Assembly: GCA_965261935.1 (NCBI GenBank)
Contig: OZ253485.1
Span: 536,388 to 600,387 of the forward strand
DNA: 64,000 bases
From: Dehalococcoidia bacterium
GTDB taxonomy: Bacteria > Chloroflexota > Dehalococcoidia > Lucifugimonadales > G963668185
Direction: 5' to 3'
The notes below the pieces were generated by a model. It was not told the DNA's origin and ran no database searches. It worked only from the letters and a program-made list of their open reading frames with translations. Below, in pieces: positions 15,503 to 24,818 of the stretch (position 1 is the first letter of the stretch; each line of letters opens with the position of its first letter). Both the position numbers and the translations under genes were made by a program.

Positions 15503-15930
15503 TGAGGTGGACCCCATATTTTGGACAGGTAGTTGAGTTTGAGTTCTGCTTCTGGGATCGCAGGAATGTGAAAGGAGCAGGACATGGGAAAGAGGAGAAA
15601 GCACTCTCCGGCGCTGGAGGCCCAGGTGGCGCTGGAGGCGGTCAAGGGTGAGCAGACGATCAGCGAACTAGCGAGTCGGTTCGAGGTTCACCCCAACCAG
15701 ATACACACCTGGAAGAGAGCTCTGCTGAAAGACGCCGGCTCTATCTTCAGTAACGGGCATGGCGACAAGGCCAAGAAGGCCGATGATGCGCTGGTGGCCC
15801 AACTCTACGAGCAGATCGGCCGGCTCAAGGTGGAGAGGGATTTCTTGGAGGCAGGGTTAGGGCGCTGAGCCTTCGGCAGCGGCGCGCCCTGGTGGACAGT
15901 GAGCACGAGTCCCTTTCGGTGGTGCGGCAG
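15503..15930 (+). mobile_element. 5' fragment of a second IS3-family element, truncated by insertion of IS copy C
   Basis: IS3-like left end TGAGGTGGACCCCATATTTTGGACAGG. After orfA the orfB-type sequence LSLRQRRALVDSEHESLSVVRQC stops at the IS copy C end. Confidence 0.65.
15584..15868 (+). CDS. IS3-family transposase OrfA (HTH)
   Basis: MGKRRKHSPALEAQVALEAVKGEQTISELASRFEVHPNQIHTWKRALL...LKVERDFLE, the typical IS3/IS150-group OrfA. Confidence 0.8.
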   Translation: MGKRRKHSPALEAQVALEAVKGEQTISELASRFEVHPNQIHTWKRALLKDAGSIFSNGHGDKAKKADDALVAQLYEQIGRLKVERDFLEAGLGR

Positions 15931-17575
15931 TGTGTCGATGGTCAGCGAAAATGTCCGGCTAAGTGGCCAGCATAAATGTCACTGGTGCTGCCCACGATGT
16001 TAACAGATGGCTCCTATCGGACACGATCTGGGTACAAGGGTGGATTATCGGCCTCCATGTATTTCTTCGCCGTGTCCCGGTGGATGCCCACTTCCCTGGC
16101 GACAGCTCGAATCGACAGGCCCCTGCGCTTGGCCCTTCTGTACAGCGTTCCACTTCGCCGTCTGGAGTGGAGTGGGCTTCCCACGTGGCGTGGCGGCGGC
16201 CTTTCGAACTGTGACAGCGCCGTAGTCGACGGCCGTGTCGCCAGCATCGGAGGCGTCCATCTCCGCGTCGAGTGCTGCCAGGGCCACATCCCAGCGCCTG
16301 CCCAGACCGTTGAGACCGCCATGTATGGGTGGCCCGTGTGAGGAAGGAGCCGTTGAAGCTTCTGAGCATGCCGGGACGGGGCGGCGCCTCCTGGCTGGGG
16401 ACGATCTCTCCCTGGTAACGCACAGCCAGCCGACCGTCCAAGCCTTCGAGGACCTCCACCACCGCTCCCGCATAGCTGGGTCGTTCCATGCCCGGCAGCA
16501 GCTGCAGGGTACGCCGGCGGTACATCACCGTGTTGTCCCTGGCCACCCTGCGCCTGTGCCTGAAGCAAAGGACGATCGAGGCATGCGTCCGGCTCCAACG
16601 GGCGGTAGGCAGCCTCAGGATGCTGTGCAGGCACTCCGAAGCGTCCATTGAAGCGGTCGAGGAACTCCTTCAGCACGACGTTGGCCTCCTCGATGGTGGT
16701 TGCACCCGAGAGCCGAAACTCAGTCACCAACCTGTCCTGGAACGTCCCCGCAGTGCGCTCCACTCTACCCTTCGCCTGCGGTGACAGGGCGAAGACCATC
16801 TGTATGCCAAGCTCGTCCATAGCACGGTTGAACTGTGTGGGTGCACGGGGTAGCCCGGATCCGGGCACGTTCTTGAAGACTGAGTGCCGGTCGGTGTAGA
16901 GGGCAATGGGTATGCCATGGCGCTGTATCAGGCCCCTCATCAGCAGGAAGTAGTTGCGGGTGTTCTCCTGCTCGCAGAACAGGGCGTTTACCACGATGCC
17001 GGTCGCGTCGTCCACGGCCAGCAGCAGCGCAATCGGCGGAACATCGTCTCGCAACCACCGGTGATGGCTGCCGTCCACCTGTATCAGCATCAGCATCCCC
17101 TCGCGGGGCATCCTCTGCCGACGGATACGGTGCCGCGGCGGTCGGCGGCGGCGTGGGCTCTTCAGACCGGCGCCCACCAGTATGCGTCGCAGCGTGGTTC
17201 TTCCGATCTCCATGCCCTCACGCTCCCTGAGCAACTCGCCCAGGTGGGTGTGGTTGGTTTCGGTGTAGCGGGATCGAGCAAGACGCAGCACCTCTGACCT
17301 CAGCGGCTCCGGTGTCGCGTTGGATGCTCGGCGTCCACGATGCCCGTGAGCGAGTGCGGCTGCTCCCTCCTCCCTGTAAGCCGCCAGAATGCGCCTGGTG
17401 TGGCGTGTGCTCACTCCCATCAACGTGGCCCCCTGCTCCAGAGTCATGTGCTCTGCCAGTAAGCTGTTGAGGATCCGAAGTCTTGCCTGTTCTCTCTGTG
17501 TCAATGTCACATTCTCCATAATGTGACATTCTTGCTGACCTGTTAGGGAGGACGCTTATGCTGGCCACCGACACA
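15931..17575 (-). mobile_element. IS element copy C: diverged, inactivated relative of copies A/B
   Basis: Ends TGTGTCGATGGTCAGCGAAAATGTCCGG... (15931-) and ...GCTGGCCACCGACACA (-17575) form related inverted repeats. No obvious target-site duplication. Confidence 0.75.
16014..17519 (-). pseudogene. Frameshifted ISNCY/IS481-like transposase (copy C)
   Basis: The N-terminal 300 aa are collinear with copies A/B. Homology then jumps to the frame of ORF 15959..16648 (RRRVARDNTVMYRRRTLQLLP...EAPPRPGMLRSF). It moves next to ORF 16045..16473 (GKPTPLQTAKWNAVQK) and back (RRGLSIRAVAREVGIHRDTAKKYM). At least 3 frameshifts. Confidence 0.8.
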
Positions 17576-18214
17576 CGGGGCGGAGCAAAGCTGTACCTCT
17601 CGACCGCCGGTGCTCATAAGCTGCCGTCGGGGCCAGCGCCCCTACCAAACCCAGCGGATGCAACCAGCTTGGAGACCCGCGCCACCGTAAGGCATACCAG
17701 GCTGTATGAAGAGGCGTGGCGGGCCGCCAGCCCGTCGCCAACATGCATCGCATCTCCCATTGCGCTCCACCTCCCGTTCCGGGATGGGAGGTGGCTTCCG
17801 GACTCGCGGCTCGGAGCCCGTGAATAACGTTGGTCAATAAGACCCCGGCGCATCTAGTACCTGCACCGTGGGGCCGACCTGCAGGTGGGCGGCAACGAAG
17901 GCTGTGGGCATATTTTCGGTCCGAAACACTTTCAATTGGCGGCGGCCTATTTCACCCGCGCTGCGGTCAGCTCAACACCTCAGACGGGCGCATACCGCGC
18001 GGCACGCTGCTCACCGCCGCCGGCACTCTTCAGTTCCGTTGAGTCAACTCCGGACAGCTATGTTGAGCACAGAGATAATCTCGCATTTGTGAAATAGTGT
18101 ACAATACGGTCGTCTACAGATCTCTTGAGTTACCTCTGCCCCCCTCGGGCCGACACGCTGAGCGCCAGCGGTTCCTCCGGCAGTCTACTGATACATCATT
18201 GAAGGAGAACCGTT

Positions 18215-18493
18215 ATGAAAATCTATGTTGGCAATCTCAGCTTCAACACAGGGGATGAAGGGCTACGCAATGCCTTTTCGCCCTTCGGTACGGTCCGCGA
18301 GGCCACGGTCATCACCGACCGCGACAGTGGCCAGTCTCGCGGCTTCGGTTTCGTCGAGATCGCGGATGACGCCAGTGCCCAGGCAGCCATTCAGGCACTC
18401 AACGGTACTGCACTCGACGGTCGCAGTTTGAAGGTCAACGAGGCGAAGCCTCGCACCGACAGGCCACGCTCAAACGCAGGCCGTTCCTGGTAA
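18215..18493 (+). CDS. RRM-type RNA-binding protein
   Basis: 92 aa. RNP2 KIYVGNLSF and RNP1 RGFGFVEI motifs. GAAGGAGAA Shine-Dalgarno 7 nt upstream. Confidence 0.9.
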   Translation: MKIYVGNLSFNTGDEGLRNAFSPFGTVREATVITDRDSGQSRGFGFVEIADDASAQAAIQALNGTALDGRSLKVNEAKPRTDRPRSNAGRSW

Positions 18494-18522
18494 GCCGCCT
18501 CATTCACGGGCGGTGAATTGAA

Positions 18523-18556
18523 GAGGCCCTCTCGTGTCGGGAGGGGGTTTCTCTTT
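18523..18556 (+). terminator. Weak intrinsic-terminator candidate after the RNA-binding protein gene
   Basis: CCCTC...GAGGG stem followed by the T-rich GGTTTCTCTTTGTCT. Confidence 0.3.
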
Positions 18557-18878
18557 GTCTACGCCTCAAACGACCACAGCACTGCAACTGCAACTGCCCA
18601 GAGTTGAGGCGATCTCTCCTTAGTGCTGTTCAGTGTGAGCACTCTCTTCACGGCAGTGTTCACACTTCTGCAGTAGAGGACTCTACTCAGATCTCACGAA
18701 GACTGACCGGCTACCTGTAGCAAGGAGGCAGTCCGCCGATTCGATAACCTTCCGCTTCGCGTATGTTTCGCGCCGAAAATCCGTATGGGTTGAGGTCCGT
18801 CTATGCCGAAGTCGTTCAGGGTACACCATGGAATCTCGGCAGCTGCACGTCAATAGCTGCTTCTATAAAGGAAATTGC

Positions 18879-19601
18879 ATGAAGGGCGTCATTCTAGCAG
18901 CAGGAAACGGGAGCCGATTTGCTCTGGGCGAAGGGCGCCGCCACAAGCTCCTGCTTCGCATAGGCAACCGTGCGGTCATCGACTACACCCTGGAGGCGTT
19001 TGGCAAGGCAGGGATCAGGGACGTTGCAATGGTTGTAGGTTATCGTGGCGAATTGCTGCGGGACTACAGCGGCGACGGCGCCCGCCACGGCATCCGTATC
19101 GAGTACCTATCAAACCCCCGGCACGAAATGGGAAACGCTATCTCCCTTTACACCGCAAAGGCCTACACTCAGGAAGATCCGTTCTTGCTTTCCATGGGAG
19201 ACCACTTGGTCTCTTCTGAACTGCTATCAAGGATGCTGGCGTCCACAACCGATTCCAGTGCTCTGGCTGTAGATTTCAGCCCAGATATTTACGACATCGA
19301 AGAGGCTACCCGAGTGTGTGTGGACTCAGGAGGCGGCATTTATCGCATAGGGAAACACCTGCGTGAATCGGACGGCGTCGACGCCGGTGTGTTCCGGCTC
19401 ACTCCAGCCATCTACGAAGCCATCGATGCAGTGACGTGCGTTCAACGAGATGAGTATCAGATCAGCGAAGCCGTAACCTGGATGATCAGTCATGGATATC
19501 GCCTCTCTGCCTGCGACATCTCCGGATGTTTCTGGACAGACGTGGACACATGGAAAGACCTTCGCCATGCCAAGGGGGTTCTAGCGGAGGCTGTGCTTTG
19601 A
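18879..19601 (+). CDS. Sugar/alcohol-phosphate nucleotidyltransferase (IPCT-like cytidylyltransferase)
   Basis: Track ORF 18828..19601 trimmed to MKGVILAAGNGSRF (G-x-G-x-R NTP-transferase motif). AAAGGAAA upstream. Confidence 0.8.
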   Translation: MKGVILAAGNGSRFALGEGRRHKLLLRIGNRAVIDYTLEAFGKAGIRDVAMVVGYRGELLRDYSGDGARHGIRIEYLSNPRHEMGNAISLYTAKAYTQEDPFLLSMGDHLVSSELLSRMLASTTDSSALAVDFSPDIYDIEEATRVCVDSGGGIYRIGKHLRESDGVDAGVFRLTPAIYEAIDAVTCVQRDEYQISEAVTWMISHGYRLSACDISGCFWTDVDTWKDLRHAKGVLAEAVL

Positions 19602-20206
19602 CCGTTGCGCATGACGGCTTTGTCTCCCGCCACCTCAATCGGAGATGTTCCCGGCCCATTGCCGAATTGCTGGCTTACACTCCGGTAACCCCTAACCAGG
19701 TTTCTCTGCTTAGTTTGTTCATCGCGCTGGGATCGCTTGCGCTATTCCTCAATGACCATCCTCTATGGGCAGGCGCAGCCGTTCATGCGTCTTCAATCGT
19801 TGACGGTGTAGACGGAGACCTGGCGCGCCGGAAACGCATGGCCACACGGTTCGGCGGCTTCTTGGACGCGCTTCTCGACCGATACTCCGATGTTGCCATC
19901 CTTGGAGGGCTGACGTACTGGTCCATTACCTTCGAAGGCCGACTGTCCTCCGAGTCTACGGTCATCATCGGCGTGTTGGCTATCGTAGGAGCGTTGATGA
20001 TCAGCTACAGTCGTGCGCGGGCGGAAGCCTCTCTGGGGTTCACTTTCCGTGGAGTAGCCGGGAACCTGGCATCCAGGGATGCGCGCCTGTTGATTGTGGT
20101 GATCGGGGCCGTCTCCGGGCAGGGGCTGGCATGTCTGGCACTCATCGCAGCCCTGTCAAACGGCGTGGTCCTCTGGCGGCTGGCTGTGGCCCGGAGCCAT
20201 TCCTGA
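19598..20206 (+). CDS. CDP-alcohol phosphatidyltransferase family membrane protein (DIPP-synthase-like)
   Basis: DGVDGDLARRKRMATRFGGFLDALLDRYSD matches D-G-x2-A-R-x8-G-x3-D-x3-D. Multiple TM helices. Proposed TTG start overlaps the upstream stop (TTGA); the track ORF starts at 19526. Confidence 0.8.
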   Translation: MTVAHDGFVSRHLNRRCSRPIAELLAYTPVTPNQVSLLSLFIALGSLALFLNDHPLWAGAAVHASSIVDGVDGDLARRKRMATRFGGFLDALLDRYSDVAILGGLTYWSITFEGRLSSESTVIIGVLAIVGALMISYSRARAEASLGFTFRGVAGNLASRDARLLIVVIGAVSGQGLACLALIAALSNGVVLWRLAVARSHS

Positions 20207-20285
20207 GGAATATGTACTCCAGAAAGACGCGCCATTCGACTTCGCCAAGCCTGTCGCTCCCCTGGACGACAGGTACTGTCCTGAG
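20115..20285 (+). repeat. Partner of the inverted repeat at 13313-13495
   Basis: Covers the last 30 codons of the phosphatidyltransferase gene plus about 80 nt downstream. Confidence 0.75.
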
Positions 20286-20595
20286 AATGGCACGCCCACG
20301 AGAGTGAACTCGAACTGTACCCATTGAGTTAATCTAACTTTCAGCTCGTTGGCAGATCGACCTCCACGAGTAACGCAGCGTTTCGTTGTCATTGCTTCTC
20401 CGGTATGACCGTCAACTCAGCAATGAGATACATGACCTGGAGGGGGAGCAGACTAGTTGCCTTCGAATATGACAGTACTGCCTCAATTTCGCCCATTGCC
20501 TGACCTCCACCTGGCTGGACAGGTGATCGGGAGCCTAACCGCCAGTTTCTGTCTTGGAGTTGCCCTCGTCTACGGCTGCATGTTAGTTTCCGATT

Positions 20596-20937
20596 TCAAC
20601 AAAAGAGTGCCGGGGCCTGCTGGAGATCTCCCAACGTTGACCGTTTCGTCTCGGCGGCTTCTCCTAATTCGGCATCGCTCCTCACCTCTATCTTGTGAGG
20701 TAACGATATGAAAGTCGTGTCCACATGGGAATTCGTGAGGTCATCTACAACAACGAATCTAGAGTGCGCATAGACTAGGTAATCCCCGGGGGCGACCATC
20801 TCACTCGGATGGTCCAGAATGTTAGCTCGATCCCAAGTTGCAGAAATGGTCCTTTCCTCATTGGGTCCTAGCTCTCGACGTGCGGTCCGGAACAAGCTTC
20901 CCGGTGGCTGTCCCCAGATCGCCTCACAGCTACTCAA
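20596..20937 (-). pseudogene. C-terminal half of a beta-sandwich (BsuPI-like) domain, out of frame with the RCC1-repeat gene
   Basis: CEAIWGQPPGSLFRTARRELGPNEERTISATWD...APGDYLVYAHS continues the domain begun at the end of ORF 20934..21827. This frame is open upstream to about 20990 but has no start codon. Confidence 0.45.
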
Positions 20938-21827
20938 CGCGACGACGAAGAAACCCTCGCCATATTCGAACTGAAGAAGGTCATTGTCTCGTTAGTGACG
21001 TTCCGTTGTGTCAATCGCATCTCCACCTTCTGCCCGGACATGACCTCAAAGTTGAACTCGACGCCGCTCAAGTCCTCGCTTGGAGGCCAAGGCGGCGAGG
21101 TTCGCCGATGCGCCTGTGCGACCTTGCTGTCACAGTTGGCGGAGCTCAGCTGCTCAGAAGGTGAAGTGATCTGCCCATGCCAGAAATCGCCCCAGCAGGC
21201 CACGGAGTAGTCGGTCTTCACCCCGCACGTGTGAAGCGCCCCGGAACTGACGGTGACGAACTCATCTGAAGATGGTATAGCCTTGCCGTTCCAATCTAAG
21301 CCCCAGCAGGCCACGGAGGCGTCAGTCCTCACCCCGCACGTGTGGCGATGGCCTGCGCTGACCGACGCTAACTCCCCTGAAGGAGGTGAGCTCACCTCTC
21401 TCGTAACTTCGCCCCAGCAGGCCACGGAGGCGTCGGTCCTCACCCCGCACGTGTGATAACCACCTGCACTGACGGCCGCGAATTTCCCCGTCGGAGGCTG
21501 GGTGAGATTTACAGAAAACCCGTCCACGTCCACGATTGACCCCCAGCAGGCGATCAAGCCATCAGTCCTCACCCCACACGTGTGATTCATCTCGGCACTT
21601 ACGGTGGCGAACTTCCCAATTGGCGGCGTGGACTGGCCATGTTCGTCACTGCCCCAGCAAACCACCGCGACATCGGTCTTTACACCACAAGTGTGATAAC
21701 CACCTGCACTGACGGAGGTGAATTCACCGGGTTGGGCTCCGCACGCTGCCAGAGCCAAGATCGGCGTTAGGGCTAGGGATATTGTCAAAGCAGATCCCCA
21801 AGCCCAGACTGATTTCAATGCTCTCAT
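20934..21827 (-). CDS. RCC1-repeat lipoprotein
   Basis: Lipobox LALAAC. Six or so repeats of SAGxxHTCGV(R/K)TDxxVxCWG. Confidence 0.75.
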   Translation of the reverse strand: MRALKSVWAWGSALTISLALTPILALAACGAQPGEFTSVSAGGYHTCGVKTDVAVVCWGSDEHGQSTPPIGKFATVSAEMNHTCGVRTDGLIACWGSIVDVDGFSVNLTQPPTGKFAAVSAGGYHTCGVRTDASVACWGEVTREVSSPPSGELASVSAGHRHTCGVRTDASVACWGLDWNGKAIPSSDEFVTVSSGALHTCGVKTDYSVACWGDFWHGQITSPSEQLSSANCDSKVAQAHRRTSPPWPPSEDLSGVEFNFEVMSGQKVEMRLTQRNVTNETMTFFSSNMARVSSSSR

Positions 21828-24113
21828 GACCTGCCTACAGTCTTTGAACCACTTGCTTTGTTAGTCCCGCGGCCCATAATGCATTCGTTGGGATCCTCAG
21901 AGCGAAGATCTCTGGGGCGAGGTTCCCCAAGGCGCTTATCCTATGATTGCTTCTTCACGCGAGTTCCGCCTTCACCTCGACATCGGCCGATGCCACTAAT
22001 CGATTCTTGTTCAGACATTCCGCCGCAATCGAACGTCTAGCGACGGGCCCAAAGTCGCCGATCAAGGGCCCTCCAATAGCTTTGGCTAGCATCCGCCGCA
22101 ATGGGGATTACGATGCCGTAATCTGAGACAGGGGATTTACGACGCGCCGTCAACACCTACGTTGCCAGGTCTTCGGCTGTCCTATCCTGTCCCAATCCAT
22201 TGTCCCTCCTGCGCGGCGCGTCGGCCTTGCAAAGCAGGCGATGTCCACGAATGACACAGGTTCCGATATCAGCGTCCGCCAATTGAGAAGCAGCCAGCTT
22301 GTACGACACCGCAACGTTGGGGTGCTTCTCAGTCGTCCCACGTGCGCCTCCGACTGGTGGATGGTCACCGGGACAACGGCGAGCGTGAGTTACGTGAACC
22401 GACCGCACCTTTGAATCCCTCTCCTGGGCCGCTGGTCTGCCCCCGGCGGCGGCAGCGACCTTCACGGCAACTCCCTTAGATGCAGGTCATCGACGGACGC
22501 CACACCGTCAACTCCTGTATTCAATTCAGCGGCAGAAGCGTCCAAATGGCCAGTGCGGACGACTCGTAATGATAGTCGGAAGCTGGCCCATGACACTGGC
22601 GTATCCGGTAGCTGCGGCCTTGCAGACGGGACTCCCTTCGCGGTTTGGGCAGGCTTCCGTCACAGTTGCCGTTCACAATTGAACCTGCTCAGGGCGCGTC
22701 CGATCGCCTCCCAAAACTCGTTTCATAAGTATTTCGCAGACTGCCTGCGGCAAGTGTGACGACATGTTGGCAAGTGGTTGGATCGCTGTCGGCAAGAGGT
22801 CTCAGAACAAGCCCCATTCCGACGCCCCCTACAGCTTGCGAATGTTTTGCAGCCTCTGTCTGAAGAAACCAGGCTGCTCTCACGGGCAGGAGTTAGTCTC
22901 GGACGAATCGGGGACCAGAACTCTACATCGCCTGAACTTGTGATCAACTACTTGCGGAATTGCATGCTGCCCTCCACCCTTATGCCAATCTACCGATGGC
23001 CAGGCTGGTCATCATCTCGTTCCGGCTACCTGAGGGTCGGTTGCCGAAGCTCGACCTGACGGGATGGAAGTCAGTGATTCGGCGGTTCGTGGAGACCAGC
23101 GCCGGCACGCATCATGCCGGATGGTCTGTGACGTTCGTCGTCATCGAGGTGGTTCGGCTGGTGCGTTCAGCCACAACCTGGAAGGAGCCTGGTCAAGAAA
23201 GCCTTCGACGTCCTGTGCCCGGCCGGGCGGTCATTCGTGTTGAACGCCGCAATCGCACATATCGGGCGGCCAGTTCCCTGAGAGCCGCCGCATCGAAGGG
23301 CCGGTCGATCTCCGATTGGGCCAAGCGCCTAGCCTCAGCGCTACATCCAAGGGAGTGATTGCATCCGTCGGTCGGGCGTGGGGCCGGTCTCCACGTTACC
23401 TTTCCGCAACTGCCGGATACCCACATTGAATGCCGCTGACGATGACTTGCGGCTAAGCACCGCAACAACGCTCCTGTGTTCTCCACGGGATCCGCACCAG
23501 GCCGCGACCCTCGCCCCCTCAGGTTCACTCGGTCACACTTCAACCTCTCCGGGTTCCCGTTGGATTGACCCCCTTCATGGCCTCACCGCGCTCTTCCAGG
23601 GGGATTTGCATTTCTTCCAAAGGCAACCCCTCTCTAACAGTACATAAGGCCTGTCCACCCAGTTTACGTAACAAGATTGGCATGGCAGCTTGCAAATGGT
23701 ACGTAAAAGTCGACGAACTAGCACGTAAAATCCCCAGATCTCACGCAAAAGAGCCGGAATGATACGGAAACCTAGCCATTCTGTGACCGAAAGATAAAAG
23801 GCGCTGGCGGGAGCCAGGTTGTTGCGGGGCCGGCGAGAGAAGAGGCTCGATCAGCTCGGCATTGACGAGTTCCTCGACGCTCGATTGCCAGGCAGGCAAC
23901 GATCTGCTGCCCTCTTCTGAGTGCGGCAGGCTTGCGCCGTGCTGCGGTGACCTGCTCGCCCCTGAATGGGTCCAATCGGACTGTCTCAGAACTCGTGCCT
24001 GCACCCGCCCCATGATTCCGTTTCCGGCGCCTCGACCGCAAGGGCCGACCTGGTTGTCGCGCTTGAGTGCGTCACTCACACGCCGAGAAGTTCTGGGTGG
24101 CGAACACTTCTTC

Positions 24114-24818
24114 CTAAGTCCAGTTGTCTCTCGAGGTTTCCTTGATGCTGATGCCCGCTCCGAAGCGACGGGCTTCCCGGTCGAGGATGTTCGCCCTGTG
24201 GTCGGGACTGTTCATCCAGCTGTCGACAAGGGTGGCCGCAATGGTCATTGAGCTATGGTAGTCCGATGGTCACCACTCGCCCGCCACACTGAACAAAATG
24301 TGACTGGTCCACTCCTTCACCCTGCCAGCCCTGGCGATGCTCTCGCTCAGACCGTAAGAATACGAACCATCGGCGTGGTGGGCACAGCAGTCGTATCCGG
24401 CCGCAGGTGCCCTGTCCGTAGGGTCCTTGCCCAGGAGCTTACGAGCATAGCCCAAACGAACCATGTTTGCGCCATGCTTCCTCAAGATACGCGAGATTGC
24501 CCTGTCGCCGATGAGCGGCTTGAGACCGGCCTCGTCCCGCTCCTCGTTGGTGAAGAGGCGGACCAATTTCTCGATCTCGCCGACATCCAAAGGTCCGCCA
24601 TCCGGGAACTTCTTGCTAACAGGAGCGGGTGTGGGCCGCGCTGTGGCCACGACAGTCTGCTCGGAGGCAATAGCCGTTGGGACTGGTGTGCCCGGAGAAG
24701 TTAACTCCACGGCCCTTTCGATACGTGACCACATGGAGTCCATAAGGTCCACTTTCCTGACCTCGTGCTCGTACTGGCAGGCGGCAGCGCCAACAGAATG
24801 AACACCCGGCCCGTACAC
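24114..24818 (-). pseudogene. CAP/SCP (PR-1-like) domain protein with an in-frame TGA
   Basis: ...FTNEERDEAGLKPL...GEW then TGA (24270-24272), then PSDYHSSMTIAATLVDSWMNSPDHRANILDREARRFGAGI in the same frame. WMNSPxHRxNIL is the CAP-domain hallmark. Confidence 0.6.

Noticed and set aside
21190-21660. Regularly spaced ~44-nt repeats (CCCCAGCAGGCCACGGAGGCGTC.GTCCTCACCCCGCACGTGTG) that could be mistaken for a CRISPR array
   Set aside because: They are the coding repeats of the RCC1 blades (HTCGVRTD.SVACWG), read on the opposite strand. The spacing and the conserved 'spacers' do not fit a CRISPR array.
24270-24272. TGA as selenocysteine or reassigned codon
   Set aside because: TAA, TAG and TGA all occur as in-frame interruptions in neighbouring pseudogenes, and all three serve as normal stops in intact genes here. 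No SECIS-like hairpin is evident immediately downstream.
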